Shown: positions 1 to 10,587, counted from the stretch's first letter. The stretch is 64,000 nucleotides of DNA from Methanoregula sp. (GCA_023228295.1 JALOBP010000003.1:1065-65064), one strand, 5' to 3'. Notes: generated from the letters alone by a model not told the origin. Made by a program: numbers and translations.

Positions 1-1
1 C

Positions 2-1573
2 TGGCTTGGCGTGGCCGTCACCGTTGCGGTGCTTGCCCGGGTTACAAAAACATTCCAGGATTATTTCGCACGACTCTCCGTACAGATGTTCGGGATGCAG
101 ATCTACAACGACGGACTGGAACAGACGCTTCGCCTTTCCTATGACGAATTCGAGGACCAGCGGAGCGGCGAGACCTTATCGATACTGCAGAAAGTACGGT
201 CGGATACCCAGACATTCTTCAATGCATTCATCAATGTCCTCTTCTCTGCTTTCGTGGGAATTGGTTTTCTCCTCGTCTATTCCCTCACCAAGAACTGGCT
301 GCTGGTTCCGGTTTTTCTCATTGGCATCCTCATCCTCGGGTCACTCACCTGGCTGCTCTCGAAAAAGATCAAGACCACCCAGAAAGAGATCAACAGTGAA
401 ACGACTGAGATCGCCGGGGTGATAACCGAATCCCTCCGGAACGTCGAGCTTGTGAAGAGTCTTGGCCTGACTTTCCCCGAGATCCGGCGGTTGCGGGAAC
501 AGAACCTGAAGATCTTCAACCTGGAAATGAAAAAAATCAAAAGGATCCGCTTCCTGACATTTTTCCAGGGAACAACGCTCTCCATCCTGAAGCAGTCGAT
601 ATTATTCATCCTCCTCTGGCTAATCTTCCGGAACATCCTTACCACGGGAGAACTCGTCTCGATGCAGGCCATCACCGCTATCATATTTATCCCATTGCAG
701 GACCTTGGCACCGTGATCGTGAATTATCGCGAAGCCGAAGCTTCCATGAGTAATTTCAACGAGCTCATGCAGAAACCGATTGAAGTACGACCGGAAAACC
801 CGATCGAGATCGAAGAGCTCACCGATATCCGTTTCGAGAATGTCGTCTTCCGTCACAAGACTACCCGGTATAATGCAATCGACGGGATATCGTTTCATGT
901 GAAGACCGGCGAGACGATTGCGTTTGTCGGTCCTTCCGGTGCAGGCAAGTCAACGCTCATGAAGCTCCTGGCGGGATTGTACCAGCCCGACAACGGGGAG
1001 ATCTATTTCAACAGCCAACCCTCATCCATCATCAGGTATAACCCTTTGCGCCGACAGATGGGCCTCGTCACACAGGACCCCCAGTTGTTCTCGGGTACGA
1101 TCAGGGAGAACCTCCTGTTCGTGATGCCCGATGCGACCGACAGGCAGCTGATGGATGCATTGCACAAGGCTTCGTGTGACTGGATACTGGCTCGTTCTGC
1201 TCCCGGGATTGACACGTTTATCGGAGAAGGCGGAATGATGTTGTCAGGAGGAGAGAAGCAGCGTATCTCCATTGCCCGTGCCCTGCTGCGTCATCCTCGC
1301 CTGTTAATCTTTGATGAGGCCACTTCGGCACTCGATTCACTGACCGAGGAGGATATCACGAACACCATCCGTGATATTTCCATGAGTAAAGACCAGATCT
1401 CCATCATGATAGCACACCGCCTGTCAACCATCCTGCATGCCGACATGATCTATGTCATGGAGGCGGGAAAGATCGTTGAGACCGGTTCGCACCAGAGTCT
1501 TCTTGACCAGAAAGGCCTGTATTACGCAATGTGGCGCCAGCAGATCGGTGAACGCAGGAACCCCAAACCATGA
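2..1573 (+). CDS. ABC exporter, fused permease + ATP-binding domain (MsbA/ABCB-like), 5'-truncated by window edge
   Basis: TM helices, then Walker A GPSGAGKST, signature LSGGEKQR, Walker B LLIFDEATSALD, H-loop IAHRLST; frame is open back to base 2. Confidence 0.9.
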   Translation, partial: WLGVAVTVAVLARVTKTFQDYFARLSVQMFGMQIYNDGLEQTLRLSYDEFEDQRSGETLSILQKVRSDTQTFFNAFINVLFSAFVGIGFLLVYSLTKNWLLVPVFLIGILILGSLTWLLSKKIKTTQKEINSETTEIAGVITESLRNVELVKSLGLTFPEIRRLREQNLKIFNLEMKKIKRIRFLTFFQGTTLSILKQSILFILLWLIFRNILTTGELVSMQAITAIIFIPLQDLGTVIVNYREAEASMSNFNELMQKPIEVRPENPIEIEELTDIRFENVVFRHKTTRYNAIDGISFHVKTGETIAFVGPSGAGKSTLMKLLAGLYQPDNGEIYFNSQPSSIIRYNPLRRQMGLVTQDPQLFSGTIRENLLFVMPDATDRQLMDALHKASCDWILARSAPGIDTFIGEGGMMLSGGEKQRISIARALLRHPRLLIFDEATSALDSLTEEDITNTIRDISMSKDQISIMIAHRLSTILHADMIYVMEAGKIVETGSHQSLLDQKGLYYAMWRQQIGERRNPKP

Positions 1574-1753
1574 GAAATTTTTTATGCAGCCCACCAGGTT
1601 CTTGTTTTTTTCCGATACGTTCTCAAAAAATGTTCAGCGGAGTCAAGGTAAACCCGTCAAACGGCACCCGTACCGTTTTACCGTACGGTCACCGGTCTCC
1701 TGGATGTCAGCACCTGATTTTTATTGCAGGCAAAATCAACCGGGAAAATCCCA

Positions 1754-1996
1754 CTATCTTTTGAAGCAGAAGTGCCCGATGATAAGACTGTGCTTTGAAT
1801 AAATTTCACAGGCCGGACAATAGCAATTCAGTTCTTTCTGGGACGGGGCCGATGATTCTCCGCGTGCACAGAAGAGTATATCGGGCTGATATTTTTCAAG
1901 GGAATTATGCCTGCATGTCGGGCATATACCACAGTACTTCCGGCAGATCTGTCGGTTCTCTTCTGTATTCTCAACAATACCTGCACCGGTTTTCAT
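1754..1996 (-). CDS. DUF2769-like small Cys-rich protein
   Basis: CxxxCxxCP, LFCARG, CxCPxC and terminal FC pattern typical of this methanogen family. Confidence 0.7.
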   Translation of the reverse strand: MKTGAGIVENTEENRQICRKYCGICPTCRHNSLEKYQPDILFCARGESSAPSQKELNCYCPACEIYSKHSLIIGHFCFKR

Positions 1997-2299
1997 AATG
2001 GTGGGGTAGTATCATGAGGATAATATGCTTCTTGTTGAATTTTCCGGTCTTTGCGGAGTCGACATCCCTTTCACGGATTTTCCGATCCGGTTTTCCCCTT
2101 TATGGGAAATTATCCTTATCCCCAGTGACTAACGTGGTGCGGATGAATACTGCCGGTGTGTTCTCCGGGTGTAAATCCCTTCCATTGGATTATAGGATAT
2201 GGTAGATTTCATCAGGGGTTGTGCGATTTACCGGCATGCGCCCGGGCACGGGATTTGCTGCAGGTGAATCCTCCATCAGTAAGGGAAGAGCAGAAGGCC

Positions 2300-2585
2300 C
2301 CTGCACAGGTAACAAGGGCGTTCTGACCCATCAGCGGAGCCACAGCTTACGGGCGGTTGGCGTACAGCCCCATGAGAAACGTGCCGGTAGTGACGGCAAT
2401 AACTGGTGCAAAGACCGCGTTGCCAAACGGGATGCCGGCAACCATGTGGATGGCAGGGTTGACGATAAGGATGTAGCATATCGAGAAGAACGTGGTCAGG
2501 CTGGCAAGAATCTCGGTCCTGATAGTGCTTCCCCGGCCGGTGATCCCAAAAAGGAATCAATTCGCGATGTCACCGGCTCAAACAT
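2300..2585 (-). pseudogene. NCS2/AzgA-family nucleobase permease remnant (N-terminal fragment)
   Basis: ATG at 2585 (MFEPVTSRIDSF), then a frameshift into ITGRGSTIRTEILASLTTFFSICYILIVNPAI..GTFLMGLYANRP*AVAPLMGQNA; in-frame stop at 2347-2349; matches the NCS2 N-terminal signature. Confidence 0.75.
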
Positions 2586-2924
2586 TACCCGGTGTCGGAT
2601 GAATTTGGTCATAACTGTTGTTTTTTTGATCCTGTGCGTTCCTGACAATCCGGTTTTAAAAACAATTAAAGCCCGGATTACCTGCCCGGGACACGAAGAC
2701 CCGCTGAGATGGAGAGGTTCGCAGTGCCGGAGTTCCCGTACCTGTGGGGGGCCAGAAGGTTCCGTGATCCGGCACGCTCGGAATGTCTGACGGACTATGT
2801 AGACCGGCTGCAACTCCTCTGCAGGAACCGGTCAGGTTCCGGGCCTGTCATTTTTAATTGAAACTGTAGACTGTGGACAACAGGATGTATCCCCCTGCAG
2901 GCTGGATAAAAAATGCACATGTTG

Positions 2925-3167
2925 TTATTTCTGGATTGCCAGAAGATCTTCAGCTGCATCATGCAGGTATTTGTGGGAATCATAAACGCCCTGGTTATAA
3001 AATTCCGGCGCCAGTTTTTCCATGATAAAATCCAGGATCATGCCTGCTGCCAGATTGCCAATTTCTTCATCCATCTCTTTGGAAAAATATTTCTGTATTT
3101 CAGAGATCATCTCGTCCCTTCTCTCTTTTGTCACCTTAACCGGGTTTTTATTTTTCACACAATTCAC
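2925..3167 (-). CDS. DUF2164 family protein
   Basis: EIQKYF..E.DEEIGNLAAGMILDFIMEKLAPEFYNQGV motif. Confidence 0.8.
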   Translation of the reverse strand: MNCVKNKNPVKVTKERRDEMISEIQKYFSKEMDEEIGNLAAGMILDFIMEKLAPEFYNQGVYDSHKYLHDAAEDLLAIQK

Positions 3168-3546
3168 TCCTTTTTCCCATTCGGCTTATCAGATATCCAG
3201 CTGAATACAATCATGCACCGGCATGCAACCGGTATGCTGCTTAAGATGATAATTTCCTAAGAGAGTTTTTTTTCACGCTAAAAAAAATCCCCTGCCGCCC
3301 GGCAATGATCGACCGGGATCTGGAGGACGATAGAATATCATCAATATGATCAGCCGGAACACCAACATACCCGGAAGAAAACCAAAAACCCTGCTCGTGT
3401 CCCTGCGGTTGTACCCTCCACGCGATGACCTGCTCTCTCCCGGGCTTTTTTGTGGGTGTGACCGGAAAGATGACGAGCCGGGGAATCATGTCCGGTAATA
3501 ACAACCATATGCGATTCCAGCGTTATTCAGGTAAGGAAAATTCTGT

Positions 3547-4755
3547 ATGCCTGATCCTGATATTTCTCTTGAAACTGCCGTTGGTTCGCTTCACTTCAGA
3601 AACCCGTTCATTCTGGCCTCGGGCCCTCCGACTGCCTCGGGAGAGCAGATACGGCATGCGTTCCGGCTCGGCTGGGCGGGAGCGGTGACGAAGACCATTG
3701 TCCCGGACACGATGGAAATTTCCGATGTATCGCCACGGTTTGCGGTCTGGAAAGATGAGAATTCCAAGCTCCTTGGTTTTGAGAATATCGAACTGGTAAG
3801 TAAAAAGGATGAATCGTACTGGACACGGGAGATAGCCTCCATCCGGACTGAATATCCGGACCGTATCGTTATTGCGAGCATCATGGCCTCACCCGATCCC
3901 AATGAATGGCAGGAACTTGCCGGTACCGTGCAGGATGCCGGGGCTGATGCCATCGAGCTGAACGTCTCCTGCCCGCACGGGATGCCCGAGCGGGGAGTCG
4001 GTGCGGCTATGGGTCAGCACCCCGATCTCGTGCGTGACGTGACCTGTGCTGTGCGAAAGACAGCAACCGTCCCGCTCATTGTCAAGCTCACACCCAACGT
4101 GACGGACATCCTGCCGGTTGCAGAGGCGGCGGTGGGTGCCGGGGCCGATATCCTTGCGGCCATCAACACGGTCCAATGCATCATGGGTGTCGACCTCGAT
4201 ACTCTCGAACCCGTTCCCTCGGTTGCCGGCTCCGGTACCTATGGCGGATACTCGGGTCCTGCGATAAAACCCATCGGCCTCAGGATTATCTCACAGATCG
4301 CAAGCGTTATGCCGGTACCGCTCATGGGGATCGGAGGTATCTCCCGCTGGCAGGATGCAGCCGAATACATCGCCGCAGGGGCATCGGCAGTCCAGGTCTG
4401 CACGGCGGTCATGTGGGACGGCGCCGGTATCGTTCGCGATATGAACGCAGGACTTTCGGTATACCTTGCCCAGAAACATTTCTCCGGCCCCGGTGACCTC
4501 ATGGGCCGGGCCCTCCCCCGAATCGGGACGCATGAATCGCTCTCACGGGACGAGTCCCGGTATGCTATTGCTGCATTTCCTGAACGGTGCACATCATGCG
4601 GCCGCTGCGTTGTGGCTTGCCGTGACGGGGGATACCATGCGATCTCGCTGGCAGATCGGCATATCATCATTGATTCAGAACGGTGTGACGGGTGCAGCCT
4701 GTGTTCGCATGTCTGTCCTGAAAAAGTGATTGTCCTGAAGAAGCCCGTCTCGTGA
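3547..4755 (+). CDS. preA: Dihydropyrimidine dehydrogenase subunit PreA (FMN TIM barrel + C-terminal 2x[4Fe-4S])
   Basis: NPFILASGPPT, ELNVSCPHGMPERGVGAAMGQ, VKLTPNVTDI, GGYSGPAIKPI; C-terminal CxxCxxC ferredoxin motifs. Confidence 0.88.
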   Translation: MPDPDISLETAVGSLHFRNPFILASGPPTASGEQIRHAFRLGWAGAVTKTIVPDTMEISDVSPRFAVWKDENSKLLGFENIELVSKKDESYWTREIASIRTEYPDRIVIASIMASPDPNEWQELAGTVQDAGADAIELNVSCPHGMPERGVGAAMGQHPDLVRDVTCAVRKTATVPLIVKLTPNVTDILPVAEAAVGAGADILAAINTVQCIMGVDLDTLEPVPSVAGSGTYGGYSGPAIKPIGLRIISQIASVMPVPLMGIGGISRWQDAAEYIAAGASAVQVCTAVMWDGAGIVRDMNAGLSVYLAQKHFSGPGDLMGRALPRIGTHESLSRDESRYAIAAFPERCTSCGRCVVACRDGGYHAISLADRHIIIDSERCDGCSLCSHVCPEKVIVLKKPVS

Positions 4756-4874
4756 ACCGGTACGTTTCCTGCAGTTCCCCCTGTCACCCCTCACGATATG
4801 ACAAAATGCTGTGCAGTGCCGTTTTGAATTTTTTTTTATAAAAACCATTAACCATTCAGCGCACTTGTAAGAGT

Positions 4875-5102
4875 GTGGTGATACCGGTGGAAAGACAGTC
4901 CGTAAAGTCCCGTATTCTGCGCACTGTGGGATATGATGACAGTAAAAAAATCCTGGAGATTGAATTTACTTCAGGACTTGTATACCAGTTCATTGGAGTC
5001 CCTCCGAAAGTCTACGCAGATCTCATGCATTCCGATGAGATTGGAAAATTCTTTTCCGAGAAAGTCCGGCCCAAGTTCCAGACAAAACAGGTTGCTGCAT
5101 AA
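4875..5102 (+). CDS. KTSC domain protein
   Basis: VKSRILRTVGYD..KILEIEFTSGLVYQF.GVP..VYADLM.S..IGKFF. Confidence 0.85.
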   Translation: MVIPVERQSVKSRILRTVGYDDSKKILEIEFTSGLVYQFIGVPPKVYADLMHSDEIGKFFSEKVRPKFQTKQVAA

Positions 5103-5574
5103 TCTGCATCCCCGGGTATATTGACCCGGCTGCGGTGACATGCACCTACGGGAACGTGGAAAACCGGAGTCCAAAACTGTTTTTTTCTCATTAGATCAAT
5201 ACATACTCCCCGGCCATCCTGAGTTTCGCCTCCTGTAAGCGAGCATTAGCATATATTTTTCTGCCCGAAAAAGGGTAATTTCAATTTAAAACGTAGATTT
5301 CGCTTCGTTAAAAAACCTGTGCCGGAATTCGGTGTTTTTTGCAGGAATTGCGGAAACGAGTTCTCGGATGAGCAATCCGATCTCGTAACGTGCCCGGATT
5401 AAGTGGTGGGAATTACCCTTGGAAGTAGTGGGCCGGGTATCCAATATACCGATGTCATAGACTCGCACCCATGAATAAAAAATAGATTCAGCCGGTTTTT
5501 TCCGGTGGGAACACACATTTCCCTTATTGTGGATTACACCTGCAATGTTCAGGTGAACGGTTTTTTTAACGATG

Positions 5575-5964
5575 TTAATCGCGATCTTTGGCAAACATCT
5601 GTCCCAGGTATCTCTGGATATATGCTGTGAGATATGGTGCAAATATCGGCATCAGCATGCCAAGAATATCCGTGGTCATACCTGTTGGGGATCGCTCTTT
5701 CCTGTTGTCGTGTTCTTTTCGTCCGGATGAACCCTTCCGGTTCATTATCCTGAACAGTCCGTAAATGATGATACCGGCCCCGACCGCGGCACCTGCAGTT
5801 GCATAGGGATGCTTCCTGACGGTATCCCCGACCGCCTCTCCAACGGAGCCAAGGGTCTGGGATGACACACGGGTCACGGAATGCTTCAACTGTCCATAGG
5901 ACTTGGCGATCAGCAACTCGGTCAGGTAGATATCGTCTTCGGTTATCGGCCTACGGTTTTCCAC
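5575..5964 (-). CDS. YqjK/DUF883-like membrane-anchored protein
   Basis: Helical N-terminus, VRKHPYATAGAAVGAGIIIYGL TM motif; third gene of a coupled triplet. Confidence 0.6.
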   Translation of the reverse strand: MENRRPITEDDIYLTELLIAKSYGQLKHSVTRVSSQTLGSVGEAVGDTVRKHPYATAGAAVGAGIIIYGLFRIMNRKGSSGRKEHDNRKERSPTGMTTDILGMLMPIFAPYLTAYIQRYLGQMFAKDRD

Positions 5965-6334
5965 GATTCATCATCTCCAGTGCCGTCGGGGTTTGCAGGA
6001 CAATCTTTTTTGCGAAGAATACATGGGCGATTACTGCTCCTGCGAGGAATATGATCGCTCCTGTGAGCAGCAGGGCCGCCCAGAGCGGTAGCATTGTCGC
6101 GATAAGAAGGACCACTCCTGCCAGTACAACCAGGGTTCCTGCAATGAGCAGGGTAATCACGATTGACAGGTACATGACCTTTATCCCGAGAAAGTCAAAC
6201 GGCTCGAATAAGTACTGCTGCAGGTACAGGTCGGTCTTCTGCCGCAGGTACAGGTCAAGATACTTGAACGTAGTGACAAGATCCGACTCTACCGATACCT
6301 CATCATCGCAGGTTTCAGGCTCCATCGCGTTCAC
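5951..6334 (-). CDS. YqjE-like (phage holin family) two-TM membrane protein
   Basis: Two long hydrophobic helices (..LPLWAALLLTGAIIFLAGAVIA); overlaps the downstream gene. Confidence 0.6.
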   Translation of the reverse strand: MNAMEPETCDDEVSVESDLVTTFKYLDLYLRQKTDLYLQQYLFEPFDFLGIKVMYLSIVITLLIAGTLVVLAGVVLLIATMLPLWAALLLTGAIIFLAGAVIAHVFFAKKIVLQTPTALEMMNRGKP

Positions 6335-6337
6335 TCA

Positions 6338-6712
6338 TCAATCGCGGAATTTTCCCAATAACATCCCAACGAGAACCCCGACTCCCATTGCGACGAGAAC
6401 TGCAGGGATGGGGTGATCGCAGATAACGTTCTCGACAGGTTCCACCTGTTTCTGGTACTCCACTTCCACGTCACGGTATCTGGTACCAATTTCGTCTTTG
6501 AAGTGGTCCATCTTATCCTGGATTCCATGCAGGATATTCCTGACATTCTCGTCATTCACGGTCATGTCAGCACTCCGCAGTTTGCGGGCAGCCTCTTCCA
6601 GTGCCTCTGCAGTCTGGATCTTGAGATGTTCGGCTCCGGAAATACTCTTGTTGGTCATTGTTTCTATCGCATCTTCTGGCATATGTATTATCCAACTCCT
6701 GGTTTTTGTCAC
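6338..6712 (-). CDS. DUF883/YqjD/ElaB-like tail-anchored protein
   Basis: Coiled-coil body and C-terminal HPIPAVLVAMGVGVLVGMLLGK anchor; true start may be a later Met. Confidence 0.7.
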   Translation of the reverse strand: MTKTRSWIIHMPEDAIETMTNKSISGAEHLKIQTAEALEEAARKLRSADMTVNDENVRNILHGIQDKMDHFKDEIGTRYRDVEVEYQKQVEPVENVICDHPIPAVLVAMGVGVLVGMLLGKFRD

Positions 6713-6900
6713 CGAATATGATCAAATTCAGGATCTTTTTACCCAATCATCCTGAATGATTTTTGTTCATATCAGCGTATGCGAGTATATGCAGTATCTA
6801 TACAAAATCTTATCCGTGGGAATTATATCCGGATTATTCTCTGGATCCATGCCGGCTGCATGACTTTCTCATCACCGGGATAGCGGTTTTTTTATGTTTT

Positions 6901-7503
6901 TTATCCTGTTGTCACCGAAGTTAACCGTCGGTCCCATTCACGGCCGTAAACTAGCCCGTTCCGGAATGCCGGTTCATACGTCAGCCGGAACAGGACCGGC
7001 CCGACCATCATGGCCCAGAAAATGTTATTACCAAAATAACTGATGAACTTGCTCTCAAACGGGCGGGCAAGGAAGATAGTCCCGCATGCGGCAAGGAACA
7101 GCATGCAGGTGAAGGTCGTAACAAGCGTCACAACCCAGAAACAGCCCAGGCCAAAGAAGTCCATACGGATTGTGTGACCTTTCATCAGATTGTGCCAGAG
7201 CCGGTAAGCGAGGTACGGGTAGATGAAGTTGATGAGAAATCCAAAAACACTCATCAGGGACCATGAACCGGAGAGATCTCCTGCCACGTTACCGATCCCA
7301 AGGCCCCAGGCCGCTGCCGGGCCCCAGAGAATCCCGCAGACAACCGGCAGGACTGCGGCCGGGCGCAGTGTTATGCCGGCAATCTCCCAGTTATGTTGGT
7401 TGAAGGGGACCAGAATCACAATATAGAACAGTGCCGTTACCGCGATCCAGAAAAGACCCTTACGGTCGGTCAGGACCCTGGCGAGTTCATGCATATTATC
7501 CAT
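6901..7503 (-). CDS. ECF-transporter S-component / QueT-like membrane protein
   Basis: LRPAAVLPVVCGILWGPAAAWGLGIGNVAGDL pattern; about 5-6 TM helices; start taken at MDNMHE. Confidence 0.6.
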   Translation of the reverse strand: MDNMHELARVLTDRKGLFWIAVTALFYIVILVPFNQHNWEIAGITLRPAAVLPVVCGILWGPAAAWGLGIGNVAGDLSGSWSLMSVFGFLINFIYPYLAYRLWHNLMKGHTIRMDFFGLGCFWVVTLVTTFTCMLFLAACGTIFLARPFESKFISYFGNNIFWAMMVGPVLFRLTYEPAFRNGLVYGREWDRRLTSVTTG

Positions 7504-8120
7504 TGGGTGTTTACCCAAAAAAAACCGGGGTTCATATCGCGATGGGTTACGGATAATACCAGAGCCCCGCGGCCTTATCTCTTTTTTATATTTACATTCT
7601 CGTGTGAACGTACGGTGAAAACCGGAGATCACAACGGGAATTTCCTAATGCAGGATCATGAGCGGATATGGAAAAAAACCTGGGTTTGATACCCATCAAT
7701 AATGATATGTATTTCTTATTTGCAAATATATTATCATCGGACCATTTATCACATCCGGCCCTTTTCAACAAGGGTATCGGTAGTTATCGCCACAATATCC
7801 AGCAATGCTGCAGGCTTTTTAAAACTGTCAGAGAGCATAGGTGGATTAAAGAAAACCTCGCTTCCTGCTGACGCTCATTTACCCGGATTGCAAAAGTAGT
7901 AATTACCTGAGTTAAAGTCCATTTGGAAATTTTCATTTTTTTGCCAGGTAGTCAAGAACAGAACTGATAATTTACCGATTAGAATCCTGGAGGGGTTCTG
8001 GCGCTGCGCTCTCCCATTGTATTCATCATCCCGGTTAAATCCTATAACAAGCGTATTAAGAGAACAGTACAGAAAATACCGGTATCCCATTCATAAAGGC
8101 AGGAGAACGGAAACGATCAC

Positions 8121-9107
8121 ATGACAATCGCACTGCAGATTCTGAACTTGACCCGCCGTTTCAATGATCTTGTTGCCGTGGACAACATCTCATTCGAGAT
8201 CCAGCAGGGGGAGATCTTCGGCCTCCTTGGACCCAATGGAGCCGGGAAGACCACGACCCTGTCAATGCTTGCCACCATGCTCCCCCCAACGTCCGGCTCG
8301 GCAACTGTCAATGGTATCGATATCGAGAAGGATCCGGACGGCGTGCGGAAATCCATCGGCATTGTCTTTCAGGACCAGAGTCTCGATGAGGAACTGACTG
8401 CATGGGAGAATATGGACTTCCACGGCCGTCTCTACCGGATCCCTTCAGAGGCGCGGGCTCAGCGTATCGCTGAACTCCTTACGCTTGTTGAACTCAACGA
8501 ACGCAGGGACGATATTGTCAAGACCTTCTCCGGAGGAATGCGGCGCCGTCTTGAGATCGCCCGCGGTCTTCTCCACCACCCCGTGGTTCTCTTTCTCGAC
8601 GAACCCACGCTCGGTCTTGATCCGCAGACCAGAAACCACCTCTGGGAATACATTGCCACCCTCGCAAAAGAGAAAGGGATCACGATTATCCTCACAACGC
8701 ATTACATGGAAGAAGCAGACAGGTTGTGCAACCGAATTGCTATCATCGACCACGGCAGGATCATCGCCATCGACACCCCGAAAAATCTCAAGGATGGTCT
8801 TGGAGGCGATCTTGTGACAATCGGGTCTCCCGATCCGGCAGCTGTTGCCGCCGCCCTCATTGAACCCTGGGTTGCCCGGGTGGAAACCCACAATAATGAA
8901 GTGATCGTCAGCCTGAAAAATGCCGACCAGCATGTCAGCAGCATTGTCACGCTTCTCAACACCCGGCACATCCCGATCTCGTCGATTACTATCCACAAGC
9001 CCACGCTCGAGGATGTCTTCCTATCTTTCACCGGCAAAACAATTCGTGAACAGGAAGCCGGTATTAAAGAGACCATGCGCATGCATCAGAGAATGATGAG
9101 GCACTGA
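8121..9107 (+). CDS. ABC-2 (DrrA-like) exporter ATP-binding subunit
   Basis: GPNGAGKTT, FSGGMRRRLEIA, LFLDEPTLGLDP, C-terminal PTLEDVFL. Confidence 0.92.
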   Translation: MTIALQILNLTRRFNDLVAVDNISFEIQQGEIFGLLGPNGAGKTTTLSMLATMLPPTSGSATVNGIDIEKDPDGVRKSIGIVFQDQSLDEELTAWENMDFHGRLYRIPSEARAQRIAELLTLVELNERRDDIVKTFSGGMRRRLEIARGLLHHPVVLFLDEPTLGLDPQTRNHLWEYIATLAKEKGITIILTTHYMEEADRLCNRIAIIDHGRIIAIDTPKNLKDGLGGDLVTIGSPDPAAVAAALIEPWVARVETHNNEVIVSLKNADQHVSSIVTLLNTRHIPISSITIHKPTLEDVFLSFTGKTIREQEAGIKETMRMHQRMMRH

Positions 9108-9109
9108 CC

Positions 9110-9859
9110 ATGGACATCATCTACACCATCTGGCTACGGAACATGCTGCGGTACATCCGGTCAAAGAGCCGCATCATCGGTAGTATCAGCATGCCACTTT
9201 TCTTTTTACTCTTCCTCGGGTTTGGCCTGAACTCCATTGTCTCCCTGCCCGGGCTTGGCGATAATTACGTTGTATTCCTGGTCCCGGGCATGGTTGCGAT
9301 GAGCGTCATGTTCACGTCGGTCTTCTCAGGTATCCAGGTGATCTGGGACAAGCAGTTCGGCTTCCTGAAAGAGACGCTCGTTGCACCGGTTTCGCGGCTG
9401 GAGATCATGCTGGGACAGGCCGCCGACGGGGCAACAACGGCGGTCCTCCAGGGTTTTATTATCCTCATCCTATCGCTCTTCATCGGGCTCCATGTCTCAA
9501 GTGTATCCGGCTTTTTGATGGCATTCCTGTTCATGGTCCTGATCGGCATCTCGTTCACCGCTTTTGGCATTGCGATAGCATCGAGGATGGAGGACATGAC
9601 CGGGTTCCAGCTGATCATGAACTTTGTCATCTTCCCGATATTCGGATTATCCGGGGCACTGTTCCCCATCAGTTCGTTGCCCACCTGGATTGTACCGATA
9701 ACCCTTCTCGATCCCCTGACCTATGGTGTGGTAGGGATACGATATGGCCTGACCGGAGTATCGCAGATTAATCCTGTGGTTTGTTTTGCCGTTATCGGGG
9801 GTTTTAGCTTGGCAATGACGGCCATTGGGGCCTTCCTCTTCAGGAAGATCACGATATAA
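9110..9859 (+). CDS. ABC-2 (DrrB-like) permease
   Basis: Six TM helices, FLVPGMVAMSVMF, DKQFGFLKETLVAPVSR; coupled to the ATPase gene. Confidence 0.9.
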   Translation: MDIIYTIWLRNMLRYIRSKSRIIGSISMPLFFLLFLGFGLNSIVSLPGLGDNYVVFLVPGMVAMSVMFTSVFSGIQVIWDKQFGFLKETLVAPVSRLEIMLGQAADGATTAVLQGFIILILSLFIGLHVSSVSGFLMAFLFMVLIGISFTAFGIAIASRMEDMTGFQLIMNFVIFPIFGLSGALFPISSLPTWIVPITLLDPLTYGVVGIRYGLTGVSQINPVVCFAVIGGFSLAMTAIGAFLFRKITI

Positions 9860-9988
9860 CCGGGAATGGATTTCCTGAACACAACGGCTTAAGGTGTAAC
9901 TATCATGGGCAAACAGGCGAGATATCGTGATATCGGTTCCCCCCATAGGGACCCCCTTACAATAATACTCATCAAAAAAATAAAAAAA

Positions 9989-10282
9989 TTATTTTACCTG
10001 ATGAGCTTCGGTATCGGTTATTTCATAGGTTATATCCTTTGTTTCCCGTTTCAACTGCTGAAGATCTTTTAAGATTGCCTGTAACTCATACTCCCGGTCC
10101 CTTCGGGCAATAATATATGGTGTGTTTGGTCGGGGATTTTCCGGTGTGGTGGCAAGCAGTTCACATGTATTGCGCAGATGGGCTATCTGGAGTTTAGTAA
10201 TTTTTTCAAGATCGAGTGATTTAAATTTCCCGTCATTAAACGACCCGGATTGCAAGAATTTTACAAGAACACTCATACACAT
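9989..10282 (-). CDS. Hypothetical protein
   Basis: Isolated ORF in otherwise unoccupied space; plausible composition; no recognised motif. Confidence 0.45.
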   Translation of the reverse strand: MCMSVLVKFLQSGSFNDGKFKSLDLEKITKLQIAHLRNTCELLATTPENPRPNTPYIIARRDREYELQAILKDLQQLKRETKDITYEITDTEAHQVK

Positions 10283-10587
10283 CCTGCTCCGTCATCCCTG
10301 TTCACTCCCTTGTGATCATCGGTCTTTTCTGGGGCACTGATCCCCATGTGCCTTTTTTGCTGTTGTAACATCTGTGTCTCCCTTATCAGTATCAGTAATC
10401 CTGTCATGGATAATCCCGGTTCCGGAAAAACGGCTTTTGAACCGTTGATTGTGCCGATTTTTGCACTATCTGTAGTATGGCCGAAAAAAAACGACGTGCT
10501 CGTTCTGATGCGATGGGCTATTGTTGGTGTGAGGGCCGATATAGGTATCTGCCTGACTATTTCTATTCGGTGTAATCTGTATTATCT

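Noticed and set aside
3241-3504. 87-aa minus-strand ORF upstream of preA
   Set aside because: No recognisable family; may be promoter or eroded DNA
5286-5642. 118-aa minus-strand ORF
   Set aside because: Overlaps the end of the yqjK-like gene; no motif or RBS
7650-8100. AT-rich stretch with short ORFs
   Set aside because: No coherent coding frame or repeat structure; likely divergent promoter DNA
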